This document shows, piece after piece, positions 30,319-40,993 of a stretch of DNA of 64,000 bases (position 1 is its first letter; each line of letters begins with the position of its first letter). The notes below the pieces were generated by a model, which worked only from the letters and a program-made list of their open reading frames with translations, did no database searches and had not been told where the DNA came from. The position numbers and the translations under genes are program-made. Origin of the DNA: an uncultured cyanobacterium (GTDB taxonomy: Bacteria > Cyanobacteriota > Cyanobacteriia > Cyanobacteriales > Microcystaceae); the NCBI GenBank assembly GCA_963704945.1, contig CAVPII010000014.1:22463-86462 (forward strand), in the 5' to 3' direction.

Positions 30319-31536
30319 ATGCTAACACTGACCTACGAGTACAAGCTCAAACCCACAACGAAGCAGATCGAGGAACTAGAAAATAGTTTAGAGGTTTGCC
30401 GGAAGGTGTGGAATTATGCCCTGAGAGAGCGCAAAGACTGGATTGCTTCAAGGAAGTCTCCCGTTAACGCTTGCTCATTGCGGAGTGAGTACATCGTGGC
30501 GGCGGATGCCCCCTATCCTGGTTTTGCTCAGCAGTGCAAGTCTTTGACCCAGGCGAAACTTACCAACCCCGAATTAAAGTCCGTTAATGCCCAAGCCCTT
30601 CAGCAGGTTTTAAAGACTCTGGAGAAAGCATTTAGGGATAGAGCCGAGCGTGGGTTTGGATTTCCTCGGTTCAAAAAAATAGGGCGGATGAAATCGTTTG
30701 CATTTCCTCAACTTGGAAAAAATCCACTAGGGGAGGGGTGGGTAAAGCTCCCCAGTATTGGGAAAGTCCATATTCATCAATCTCGGCCTTATCCAGAAGG
30801 CTTTCATGTTAAGCAAGCACGAATCGTCAAAAGGGCTTCGGGATTTTATTTGATGCTCTGTTTTCAACGAGATGTATCTATCCCTGATGTACCGTTGTCC
30901 GGTCAGTTTGTTGGTGTCGATGTTGGCTTGGAGTATTTTCTGTCAACATCGGATGGATTACAAATTCGTCGCCCCCGGTTTTTTGTTGACCTGCAAAGCC
31001 AGTTGAAATCACTGCAACGCCGGTTAAAAAATATGATAAGGGGATCGAAGAATTGGAAAAAACTGCAACTCAAGATTTCTCGGTTACATGAACAAATTAG
31101 CAATACTCGCAGGGATTTCCACTTTAAAGTTGCTCACTTGCTTTGCGACCAGGGTGATGTTATTGCGGTGGAAAACCTAAACCTGCTTGGCTTGTCTCGT
31201 GGTTTCCTGGGTAAACACATACTGGATGCAGGGCTAGGTCAATTCCTTAACCAAATTTTGCCCTGGGTTTGCTTTAAAAGGGGAAAAGGGTATCTCAAAG
31301 TTGATGCCCGTGGAACCTCTCAACAGTGTCCAGACTGCGGAAATCTCATCAAAAAGACACTCTCCCATCGGTGGCATGATTGCCCAAATTGTGGGTGTTC
31401 GATGCCACGGGATATTGCGAGTGCCATTGTTATTCAACAAAGGGCCGTGGGGCGCACGGTTCAAGAAAAAGCTTGTGGAGACGGTCTGACAGGGGTCCAG
31501 CAATTAACTTTGCTTGATCTAGTTAAGAGTCACTGA
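30319..31536 (+). CDS. tnpB: RNA-guided endonuclease TnpB (different lineage from the two IS1341-type copies)
   Basis: GVDVG, AVENL, CPDCG/CPNCG, PRDIASA. The RuvC triad is intact. Confidence 0.93.
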   Translation: MLTLTYEYKLKPTTKQIEELENSLEVCRKVWNYALRERKDWIASRKSPVNACSLRSEYIVAADAPYPGFAQQCKSLTQAKLTNPELKSVNAQALQQVLKTLEKAFRDRAERGFGFPRFKKIGRMKSFAFPQLGKNPLGEGWVKLPSIGKVHIHQSRPYPEGFHVKQARIVKRASGFYLMLCFQRDVSIPDVPLSGQFVGVDVGLEYFLSTSDGLQIRRPRFFVDLQSQLKSLQRRLKNMIRGSKNWKKLQLKISRLHEQISNTRRDFHFKVAHLLCDQGDVIAVENLNLLGLSRGFLGKHILDAGLGQFLNQILPWVCFKRGKGYLKVDARGTSQQCPDCGNLIKKTLSHRWHDCPNCGCSMPRDIASAIVIQQRAVGRTVQEKACGDGLTGVQQLTLLDLVKSH

Positions 31537-31579
31537 AGCAGGAATCTCCGTCTGTACCCGCAGGCTCAGAGGGAGAGCG

Positions 31580-33334
31580 TCAATTACCGGGACAGCTAAA
31601 TCGTTGGTAGGGGTAACCAAAAATATTAGCCGGGGGAGCTAGATCCCTTTGGCATTGGGGAAAATTCACCGGGGCAAAATAGTTAACCAACCACAAATCC
31701 ACTGGCCCTTCTGCATTGCCCAATAGGGTCTGCAATTGGGCGGTGGCCGACGGGTCTTGTAATTGCTGTTGGGGTAAAAACACAAACCGCAACTGGGGCA
31801 CTAGGTCAGGAAAATGGCGTTGGGCTTCCACTGCTATGCCTAGCAATTCCCCCACTTGCACGAGGCTTTGGTGGGTGGTGACAATCCAACGGGTCTCGCT
31901 GACAGGATTTTCGGCCAACAGGGTTAAAAATTTATCGGGGTGGTAATATTTTCGGTAGCCTAAATTATGGGTAATGGTCAGAGCACTAAAAATTCCCACT
32001 ATTAAAATAATGACGGGAAGATATAAGCCCTGGCGACTGGTTTGCCACCAGCCCAATTTATTCCCCGATGGAGATTTCACTGATTTGTTAGCGTTATCGG
32101 GGGAATGTGATCCGTAACTTTTTGCCAATCCTAAACCGGCGGTTAACATCAGCACAGGCCAAAAATTAAAACTGTACCGGGCTCCCCTAGTAATATCTAA
32201 ACCGGCAATATAGGTAATGGCTAAATAGATAATTGTTAAAAAGATAAAAGTAGTGATTAAAATGACGGCACTGGTATTTTCTTTTTTTTGCAGTGCCTCG
32301 CCCATGCCCCGCCAAACCACAGGGGTTAACCAGATAAAATAGGCCAACATTCCCAGTCCAGAAAAGACCACCACAGGTATTTGACTTGATTCCACCGGCA
32401 GGAGGCAAAACATGGTGATCCAAGCGGCAATTAATTGGAATAAGGGACCAAAAATCATATCAAACCAAGACATATCAATGAATTGGATCCATTGGGTCAT
32501 ACCCCGGCCATAGCCCCTTTCCATGATTATTCCGGCCCAAATTCCCCCGGTGGCGATCGCCCCGACCATAATGGGAAAAAGACTCCGCAATGCCGATAAA
32601 AATTGCATTTCCCCTTGCTGGGCCCATCGCCCTAACCAGAACAATAGGGCTAGCCCCTGGGCAAGAATCAGTAATGCGGTGAAAAAATGAACGGAAATGC
32701 CCAAGCCGTTCACCAAAATCCATAAAATAATTAGATAAATGGGTAAGGATTGCTTATTTCGTAAATATTGACCAGCTTTTAGACAACAGGCGAGGGAAAT
32801 TAAGCCCCAAAGGATGGCAAAGGTGTAATGGCGGGCTTCCTGGCTAATAAAAATTCCGTAGGGAGATACCGCCATTATTAGGGCTATAAAATGTGCTGGG
32901 CGTTCCTGTTCCTTCCCCCAAATCCACTTGGCACAGCCATAGCCCAACGGCACCGCCAAGGTACCCAAAATGACGGGGAGCGATCGCCCGACGGTGATGG
33001 ATAAATAATTGCCGTTGTGGGGAAATAGTCGGTACCAGAGATGGGCTAGAACAAAATAAAAAGGAGGATGATTATCTTCGTTGAGCAGACCGTCAATAAC
33101 TGCCTGGGGATTGGCTTGGGGCAAAGGTTGGAGGATTGCTAGCAGATCATTTACTTTTAGTACTTCTCCCAAAGGAACTGTTTGAAAGGAATTACCCAAA
33201 CTAAGAACCAGGGTGGCAAATTCATCCGTCCAGGGCGGTTTACTGTCCAAATTCCAACTACGCAACCCAAAGGCGATCGCCGTCCAGAGTAGAAGTAATA
33301 AAAAAGAACGGGACATAGTCAACCAAAACACCAT
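31580..33334 (-). CDS. GT-C fold membrane glycosyltransferase (PMT/ArnT-like)
   Basis: WTDEFAT, DNHPPFYFVL and SQEARHY motifs with many TMs. Confidence 0.75.
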   Translation of the reverse strand: MVFWLTMSRSFLLLLLWTAIAFGLRSWNLDSKPPWTDEFATLVLSLGNSFQTVPLGEVLKVNDLLAILQPLPQANPQAVIDGLLNEDNHPPFYFVLAHLWYRLFPHNGNYLSITVGRSLPVILGTLAVPLGYGCAKWIWGKEQERPAHFIALIMAVSPYGIFISQEARHYTFAILWGLISLACCLKAGQYLRNKQSLPIYLIILWILVNGLGISVHFFTALLILAQGLALLFWLGRWAQQGEMQFLSALRSLFPIMVGAIATGGIWAGIIMERGYGRGMTQWIQFIDMSWFDMIFGPLFQLIAAWITMFCLLPVESSQIPVVVFSGLGMLAYFIWLTPVVWRGMGEALQKKENTSAVILITTFIFLTIIYLAITYIAGLDITRGARYSFNFWPVLMLTAGLGLAKSYGSHSPDNANKSVKSPSGNKLGWWQTSRQGLYLPVIILIVGIFSALTITHNLGYRKYYHPDKFLTLLAENPVSETRWIVTTHQSLVQVGELLGIAVEAQRHFPDLVPQLRFVFLPQQQLQDPSATAQLQTLLGNAEGPVDLWLVNYFAPVNFPQCQRDLAPPANIFGYPYQRFSCPGN

Positions 33335-33485
33335 AAACGATTAGAAAAAATAGGATTTTTAAGCCTTCACAGCATAATCCCCCCGGCATAGACCAGAGGG
33401 AAAACGGGAATGGTTAGGAAGCCCCCTAGCCCCCAATGAGATAAGAAATTCCCTGGTATCGCCGAAGCTGTAACAAAAGGATTTA

Positions 33486-33608
33486 GAGCCTGTTTTAAAA
33501 GTTATGATCTGTCCCCTAAATCTCCTCACTAAAGCTCCGGCAAACTGGGGGACTTTGAAGACTTTTCCCCCAGAATTGGGGGGTCAGGGGGGCTTTTCAA
33601 ACACGTTC
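33486..33608. mobile_element. 123-bp MITE with 16-bp imperfect TIRs and TTA target duplication
   Basis: Left GAGCCTGTTTTAAAAG vs right (reverse complement) GAACGTGTTTGAAAAG, 13/16 identical. TTA on both flanks. Internal CCCCCAGAATTGGGGG palindrome. Confidence 0.65.
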
Positions 33609-33660
33609 TTAGGGGAAGGAGCAAAACATTTTCGATATACTCCAAGCAACCAAAAAATCT

Positions 33661-35316
33661 TTAACCCAAGGCGGCGGTAACAATGGCTTCCGCTTCGGTG
33701 AAGATAGCCTGCAAGTGGGCCTCATCCTTAAAGCTTTCGCCGTAGATTTTATAAACATTTTCTGTACCAGAGGGGCGGGCCGCAAACCAACCTTCCGCTG
33801 TGGTGACCTTTAACCCACCGATCGCCGCTTGGTTACCGGGGGCCTTAGTTAATTTGGCGGTAATGGCATCCCCCGCCAGGGTAGTAGCTTGCACATCCTC
33901 GGGGGAAAGTTGCTTAAGGCGATTTTTTTGTTCTGGGGTAGCCGGGGCATCAATGCGTTGGTAAATGGGATTGCCCAACTTAGCGGTTAAATCCTGGTAA
34001 TGGAGGCCAGGATCTTTGCCGGTTTTAGCCGTAATTTCCGCCGCCAGTAGATCCATAATGGTGCCGTCCTTGTCGGTGGTCCAAACGGTGCCATTTTTCT
34101 TGAGGAAGGAAGCCCCGGCACTTTCTTCGCCGCCAAAGCCAAAGGAACCATCTAGCAAACCGTTAACAAACCATTTAAAACCCACGGGAACTTCATAGAC
34201 CTGGCGATTAATCATGGCCCCCACCCGGTCGATCATGCTACTGCTCACCAGGGTTTTGCCAATGGCACTCAGCCCCGACCAATTTTCCCGATGGCTAAAC
34301 AAATACCAGATAGCCACAGATAGGAAATGATTGGGATTCATCAACCCCACACTGGGGGTGACAATGCCATGGCGATCGCCGTCGGTGTCGTTGCCAAAGG
34401 CAATATCATATTTGTCCTTAATTTTCACTAACCCGGCCATGGCATAGGGGGAAGAACAATCCATCCTAATTTTGCCATCCCAGTCCAGGGTCATAAATTT
34501 AAACGTCGGATCTACCCCTGGGTTCACCAGACTGATATTCAAATTATATTTAGCGGCGATCGGTTCCCAATAACCCACATTGGCTCCCCCCAAGGGATCG
34601 ACCCCCAGCCGTAAACCAGCTTGGCGAATTACCTCCAAATCAATGATTTCTGCTAAACCGTCCACATAGGGGGTGACAAAATCATGGGCATGGGTGGTAG
34701 ATGCTTTTAAGGCTTGATCATAGTCCAGCCGCTTAACCGCCTTATTGCCATTTTTCAATAACTCATTGGCCCGGTTTTGGATCCATTGGGTCACTTCCGG
34801 TTCAGCGGGGCCACCGGAAGGAGGATTGTATTTAAAGCCACCATCCCTAGGGGGATTGTGGGAAGGGGTAATGATAATGCCATCGGCTAAACCCTGACTA
34901 CGACCCTGGTTATAAGCCAAAATGGCGTAGGAAACCGCCGGGGTGGGAGTAAAACGGGTTAAATCCGTGGCCGTGGTTAAAAAAGATTCCACTCCATTGG
35001 CCGCTAACACTTCCAAAGCCGTTTTTTGGGCCGGCTCCGAAAGGGCATGGCTATCCATTCCCATATAAAGGGGCCCTGTAATGCCCTGGGCTTGGCGATA
35101 GTCCACCACTGCTTGGGTGACCGCTAAGATATGGGCTTCGTTAAACGTGCCATTGAGGGCCGTCCCCCGGTGTCCCGATGTGCCAAAGCTCACCAGTTGG
35201 GCGGGATCTTCCGGGTCTGGTTGCCGACGGTAATAGTCCTCTAAAAGTTGAGCCACATCCAAAAGGCTATCCACAGGAGGATGTTGTCCGGCGAGGGGAT
35301 GAATTCTGCTTGCCAT
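33661..35316 (-). CDS. pgm: phosphoglucomutase
   Basis: [36 protein letters not shown]. Start probably ATG 35316. Confidence 0.95.
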   Translation of the reverse strand: MASRIHPLAGQHPPVDSLLDVAQLLEDYYRRQPDPEDPAQLVSFGTSGHRGTALNGTFNEAHILAVTQAVVDYRQAQGITGPLYMGMDSHALSEPAQKTALEVLAANGVESFLTTATDLTRFTPTPAVSYAILAYNQGRSQGLADGIIITPSHNPPRDGGFKYNPPSGGPAEPEVTQWIQNRANELLKNGNKAVKRLDYDQALKASTTHAHDFVTPYVDGLAEIIDLEVIRQAGLRLGVDPLGGANVGYWEPIAAKYNLNISLVNPGVDPTFKFMTLDWDGKIRMDCSSPYAMAGLVKIKDKYDIAFGNDTDGDRHGIVTPSVGLMNPNHFLSVAIWYLFSHRENWSGLSAIGKTLVSSSMIDRVGAMINRQVYEVPVGFKWFVNGLLDGSFGFGGEESAGASFLKKNGTVWTTDKDGTIMDLLAAEITAKTGKDPGLHYQDLTAKLGNPIYQRIDAPATPEQKNRLKQLSPEDVQATTLAGDAITAKLTKAPGNQAAIGGLKVTTAEGWFAARPSGTENVYKIYGESFKDEAHLQAIFTEAEAIVTAALG

Positions 35317-35610
35317 ATCAAAAAATATAAAAACTATTGCGGTGGTTGGGAAATTCCGTGGGGGCTTTGACACCCAAATCCTAGCCAAAAAGGGTTAACT
35401 CGCCAAGGGTTGGCCCCGGTTCAAATTCCCCCACAGGGGTGACTCAGATTGTGTTAACGTGCAGGGTGTAATTTATTAGCATAGTCATCTAATAAATACC
35501 ATTAATACTTTCTTAATATCCCCTGAAAAGGAATAAGGTCAAACCAAAAAAGGTCTAGTGATTGACCCGATTACCTATTTACTATTCTTGAAGCTGACTA
35601 TTTAGCCCCT

Positions 35611-36510
35611 GTGCAATCTCCCATCTGCCTCTCTCTTTTTGCTCCCAGCAGCGTTGCCCAAAGGTTAAAGACCATATTCGAGGGCGATCGCTACCATTTG
35701 TCCTGTTTCCAGGCATTAGATGAGTTTTGTGCCTTCCTAGAAGCTAATCCAGAACGGATTGACTGTTTGTTAATGTTCTATGAAGCCAATTCCCTACCAG
35801 TGCTCAACCGTCTCTATGAGCAGGGGCGTTTATTGCCAATTATTTTGCTCGAAGCGGAACCTTTAGACCTTGTCACAGAAAACAATGAGCGCCCCACCAT
35901 TGTTTACCACAACGCCGAAATCCATCTACCCGAATCGGATTGGTCCCAATTACCCGCCATCGTGGATAAGGCGATCGCCCATTATCTCCACCTCGGCCCC
36001 CTGTGCCTTCTTCCCAACCCATCGGAACCCGACACTACCCCCGTCCCCAATGAATCGCCCCAAAGCTTCCTACTGCTACAACAAAGACGACTAGCGGATA
36101 AACTTAAAGAAAGACTCGGCTATCTAGGAGTGTACTATAAACGTAAACCCAGCTACTTTTACCGCAATCTTTCTTCCCAAGAAAAGCTTAACTACTTGGA
36201 AGATTTAACTGCTCAATACCGGGAAATTACCCTAAGTTATTTCAGTGATGAAAATACCGTTAACGACCTGCTGGATCAGTTTGTTAACCAAGTTTTCTTT
36301 GCAGATTTGGCCGTATCTCAAATTCTGGAAATCCACATGGAAATAATGGATGAATTTTCCCAGCGTTTAAAACTAGAGGGGCGGAGCGAAGAAATTCTCC
36401 TCGATTACCGTTTAGTCCTCATTGATATCCTTGCCCATATGGGGGAAATGTATCGTCGCTCAATTCCTCGGGAGGATATTCCCTTCGATGTATATTATCA
36501 GACGGATTGA
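35611..36510 (+). CDS. kaiA: circadian clock protein KaiA
   Basis: QQRRLADKLKERLGYLGVYYKR and LLDYRLVLIDILAHMGEMYRRSIPRE. GTG start. Confidence 0.95.
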   Translation: MQSPICLSLFAPSSVAQRLKTIFEGDRYHLSCFQALDEFCAFLEANPERIDCLLMFYEANSLPVLNRLYEQGRLLPIILLEAEPLDLVTENNERPTIVYHNAEIHLPESDWSQLPAIVDKAIAHYLHLGPLCLLPNPSEPDTTPVPNESPQSFLLLQQRRLADKLKERLGYLGVYYKRKPSYFYRNLSSQEKLNYLEDLTAQYREITLSYFSDENTVNDLLDQFVNQVFFADLAVSQILEIHMEIMDEFSQRLKLEGRSEEILLDYRLVLIDILAHMGEMYRRSIPREDIPFDVYYQTD

Positions 36511-36602
36511 AAACTACATCATCAGGTTAACCTTTGTAATAAACCACTAAAAATCTGATTCCTTGTTGGTTCTCCATATCCCTTCCCAGTAATTGTTAGA
36601 AA

Positions 36603-36920
36603 ATGAGTACTTTTAAAAAAACATACGTTCTTAAACTATACGTCGCTGGCAACACGCCCAATTCAGTCCGGGCTTTAAAAATGCTTAAAAATATTTTGGA
36701 GCAGGAATTCCAAGGGGTTTACGCCCTTAAGGTTATAGACGTTTTAAAAAATCCCCAATTGGCGGAAGAGGATAAAATTTTAGCGACTCCCACCCTGGCG
36801 AAAATTCTCCCCCCCCCGGTGCGTAAAATTATCGGTGATCTTTCAGACAGAGAAAAAGTTCTAATTGGTTTAGATTTACTCTATGACGAAATTCGGGAAC
36901 GGGAAGCCGATGATCGTTAA
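36603..36920 (+). CDS. kaiB: circadian clock protein KaiB
   Basis: [28 protein letters not shown]. Confidence 0.97.
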   Translation: MSTFKKTYVLKLYVAGNTPNSVRALKMLKNILEQEFQGVYALKVIDVLKNPQLAEEDKILATPTLAKILPPPVRKIIGDLSDREKVLIGLDLLYDEIREREADDR

Positions 36921-37039
36921 TATCCTCGCTGTATTAACGAAACCCCCTGGAAAATTCTAGAATTTGCCATGATTCTTCAACCATAACTTAACTATTTTAT
37001 TTTTAAATAAAACTTCTATTAGCCTTTAATTAATCTTCG

Positions 37040-38599
37040 ATGAATTTACCTATTGTTAATGAACGAAATCGCCCCGACGTCCCCAGGAAAGGGGTTCAGA
37101 AAATTCGCACCGTCATCGAGGGATTTGATGAAATAACCCATGGCGGCCTACCCATTGGTCGTACTACCCTAGTTAGCGGTACCTCGGGCACGGGTAAAAC
37201 CCTATTAGCAGTGCAATTTCTCTACCAGGGTATCCACAATTTTGATTATCCCGGTTTATTTATCACCTTTGAGGAATCCCCCAGTGACATTATCGAAAAT
37301 GCCTACAGTTTTGGCTGGGATTTACAACAATTAATTGACGACGGGAAATTATTTATCCTTGATGCTTCCCCCGATCCAGAAGGACAGGAGGTTGTGGGCA
37401 CCTTTGACCTATCTGCTTTGATTGAGCGAATGCAGTACGCAGTTCGTAAATATAAAGCCAAATTGGTTTCCATTGATTCCGTCACCGCTGTATTTCAACA
37501 GTACGATGCGGCTTCCGTGGTGCGGCGGGAAATTTTTCGTCTAGTGGCCAGGTTGAAACAGCTCCAGGTAACTTCCATTATGACGACGGAACGGGTGGAA
37601 GAATATGGCCCCATTGCCCGTTTTGGAGTAGAAGAATTTGTTTCTGATAATGTGGTAGTTCTGCGTAATGTACTAGAAGGAGAACGGCGACGACGGACGG
37701 TGGAAATTCTCAAACTACGGGGTACTACCCACATGAAGGGTGAATATCCTTTTACCATTACCCATGATGGCATTAATATTTTCCCCCTAGGGGCCATGCG
37801 CTTAACCCAACGTTCCTCCAATACCCGTATTTCTTCGGGAGTTAAAACCTTGGATGAAATGTGTGGCGGCGGTTTCTTCAAGGATTCTATTATTTTGGCC
37901 ACCGGGGCCACTGGTACGGGCAAAACTCTGTTGGTGAGCAAATTTTTACAGGAAGGCTGTCGCCAAGGGGAACGGGCAATTTTATTTGCCTATGAAGAGT
38001 CCCGGGCCCAGTTATCTCGAAATGCTTCTTCCTGGGGCATTGATTTTGAAGAAATGGAACAAAAAGGTCTTTTAAAACTGCTCTGTACCTATCCAGAATC
38101 GGCGGGTTTAGAAGATCATTTGCAGATGATTAAGTCGGAAATATCAGAGTTTAAGCCCTCCCGCATCGCCATTGACTCCCTTTCTGCCCTAGCCCGGGGA
38201 GTGACTAATAACGCTTTTCGACAGTTTGTAATTGGGGTGACGGGTTATGCTAAGCAAGAGGAAATTACTGGTTTCTTTACCAACACCACCGACCAATTCA
38301 TGGGGGCCCATTCGATTACGGAATCCCATATTTCCACCATTACGGATACGATTTTGATGCTCCAGTATGTGGAAATTCGTGGGGAAATGTCCCGAGCTTT
38401 AAACGTGTTTAAAATGCGCGGTTCTTGGCACGATAAGGGAATTCGAGAATATAGCATTAGCCATGATGGCCCGGATATTCGCGATTCTTTCCGTAATTAT
38501 GAACGAATTATCAGTGGTTCTCCCACCCGCATTAGTGTGGATGAAAAATCGGAGCTTTCCCGCATTGTCCGGGGGGTCAAGGATAAAAACGCTGAATAG
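37040..38599 (+). CDS. kaiC: circadian clock kinase/ATPase KaiC
   Basis: Two P-loops (GTSGTGKT, GATGTGKT), SHISTITDT phosphosites, 519 aa. Confidence 0.98.
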   Translation: MNLPIVNERNRPDVPRKGVQKIRTVIEGFDEITHGGLPIGRTTLVSGTSGTGKTLLAVQFLYQGIHNFDYPGLFITFEESPSDIIENAYSFGWDLQQLIDDGKLFILDASPDPEGQEVVGTFDLSALIERMQYAVRKYKAKLVSIDSVTAVFQQYDAASVVRREIFRLVARLKQLQVTSIMTTERVEEYGPIARFGVEEFVSDNVVVLRNVLEGERRRRTVEILKLRGTTHMKGEYPFTITHDGINIFPLGAMRLTQRSSNTRISSGVKTLDEMCGGGFFKDSIILATGATGTGKTLLVSKFLQEGCRQGERAILFAYEESRAQLSRNASSWGIDFEEMEQKGLLKLLCTYPESAGLEDHLQMIKSEISEFKPSRIAIDSLSALARGVTNNAFRQFVIGVTGYAKQEEITGFFTNTTDQFMGAHSITESHISTITDTILMLQYVEIRGEMSRALNVFKMRGSWHDKGIREYSISHDGPDIRDSFRNYERIISGSPTRISVDEKSELSRIVRGVKDKNAE

Positions 38600-38725
38600 T
38601 TTCTGGTTGTTTTAATTATGTTTGAGACTACATAGTCCTGTGATGATGGGCTTTATGGTTGCCGTAAATGTCTCAGTCTTACTGAAAATGACTATTCAGT
38701 TGGTAAAGTTAGCTATGGTATAGCC

Positions 38726-40993
38726 ATGGTCAAAACCGTTGCTATACAGGTGCGAGGGAGAGTACAGGGGGTTGGTTTTCGTCCCTTTGTTTACCGTTTG
38801 GCCCAGGAACTGAACCTTAACGGTTGGGTAAATAATTCCTCCCAGGGGGCCACTGTGGTAATTACTGCATTGGAGCCGGCGATCGCCAATTTTACGGAGA
38901 GATTACAAACAGAATTACCTAGTCCGGGGTTAATTGAGCAGTTAATTATCCAATCTTTGCCCCTAGAAAAATTTGCAGATTTCCAGATTCGTCCCAGCAG
39001 TAATGGCCAGAAAACCACTACCATCTTGCCGGATTTATCAACTTGCAATGCCTGTTTGGCAGAACTATTTGACCCTGGCGATCGCCGCTACCTTTATCCT
39101 TTTATTAACTGTACCCAGTGCGGCCCCGCTACACTATTATCCAGTCCTTGCCCTATGATCGGGCCCGTACTACCATGGCAAAATTTACCCTGTGTGAAGA
39201 TTGCCAAAGGGAATATGATCGACCGGATAACCGCCGCTTCCATGCCCAACCCAATGCCTGCCCCCGCTGTGGCCCCCAACTCACTTTTTGGGATAACCAA
39301 GGGACAATTATTGCCCATGGTAATGGAGCTTTAAGCGCCGCCGTTAATCTCCTCAAAGCAGGAAAAATTGTTGCTATTAAAGGTCTGGGGGGATTCCATT
39401 TATGTTGCGATGCTACTAACTTTCAAGCTGTTCAAATGCTTAGGGAAAGGAAACAGCGACCCCATAAGCCCTTGGCGGTGATGTATCCGAATTTAGAGCA
39501 AATTCAGGCGGATTATCAACCTAGTTCATCAGAAGTTGAATTATTACAATGTCCTGCGGCACCAATTGTTTTATTACAAAAACAAAGCGAGTCATTGTTA
39601 GCTAATAATATTGCTTCTAACAATCAAGAAATTGGGGTGATGTTGCCCTATACTCCCCTCCATCATTTGTTACTAAAACAGTTTAATAAACCATTGGTGG
39701 CCACCAGCGGCAATTTAACCGGGGAACCAATTTGCATTGATAACCAAGAAGCTTTAACTACCCTCAAAACCATTGCCGATGGCTTTTTAGTCCACGATCG
39801 CCCCATTGTCTGTGCGGTGGATGATTCCGTGGTGCGGGTGGTGGCGGATCAACCCCTATTTCTGCGGCGGGCTCGGGGTTATGCCCCCTTACCAATTCCC
39901 TTGCCCCAGCCAGTGCCCAAGCCCCTATTAGCGGTGGGAGGTCACTACAAAAATACAGTGGCGATCGCCTACCAAGATAAAGCCTATGTGAGTCAACATT
40001 TAGGAGATTTAGATTCCCCCCTAACTTACCAAGCCTTCCAAAGGGCTATTGACCATTTAAGCCAATTATATGAATTTAGACCCCAGGAAATTATTGGCGA
40101 TCGCCATCCCGATTACCTCAGTAGCCAATACGCCTATAGTCAATCTTTGCCGGTCACAACGATACAACATCATTACGCCCATATCCTTGCGGTTATGGCG
40201 GAACATAACGTTATCAATGAATCAGTTTTAGGCGTTGCTTGGGATGGTACTGGTTACGGTTTGGATGGCACTATTTGGGGCGGAGAATTTTTGAAAATCA
40301 CCCCCAGCCATTGGCAAAGAATAGGGCATTTTAAAACCTTTTCTTTACTAGGTAATCAGCAAGCTATTAAAGATCCCCGTCGCATCGCCTTAGCCTTTTA
40401 TCTGTCAACTTTTGAGGGAGATTTACCGGATTATTTGGCTGGATTATTTTTCATCCTTAAATATTCAAGCTTCTACAACAAATTTGGCATAAAAATATTT
40501 CTCCCATTACTTCCAGTGTGGGTAGATTATTTGATGGCGTAGCGGCATTAATTAAATTCATTGAACAGGTAACCTTTGAAGGGCAAGGGAGCTATGATTC
40601 TAGAGTCTCAGGTTATACCTGGATTAACCACAGAATACTATTCTTTACCTTTACAAACGAAAAGAATACTTCACGGAAATAGATTGGCGGCCTTTAATTA
40701 GGGAAATAATTATAGATTTTGAGCAAGACAATAATACCCATTTAATTGCCACCAAATTTCATAATAGTTTAGTCAAAAATATTGTAACCATGGCCCAACA
40801 GCAAACCATAGAAAAAGTTGCTTTGGGAGGCGGTTGTTTCCAAAATCGTTATCTGCTGGAACAAACCATTAAAGCCCTAAGAAAAGCAGGATTTTGTCCC
40901 CTTTGGCCTCAGAAGTTGCCCCCCAACGATGGTGGTTTATGCCTGGGGCAATTGTTGGCTAAAATTCAGCCAAGGCAGTACTTAGCTGGCTAA
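38726..40993 (+). CDS. hypF: [NiFe]-hydrogenase maturation carbamoyltransferase, several apparent indels (near 39124 and 40450-40670)
   Basis: GRVQGVGFRPF, Zn fingers, RRFHAQPNAC, KGLGGF, QHHYAH, DGTGYG, GGCFQN, NDGGLCLGQ. Confidence 0.92.

Larger units (their letters stand above)
29812..31583 (+). mobile_element. IS605-type element with divergent tnpA and tnpB, inserted 3' of CTAC
   Basis: CTAC at 29808-29811, left hairpin after AGTG, right hairpin after GAAT ending TCAA at 31583. Removing the element restores a clean stop codon for the neighbouring gene. Confidence 0.82.
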
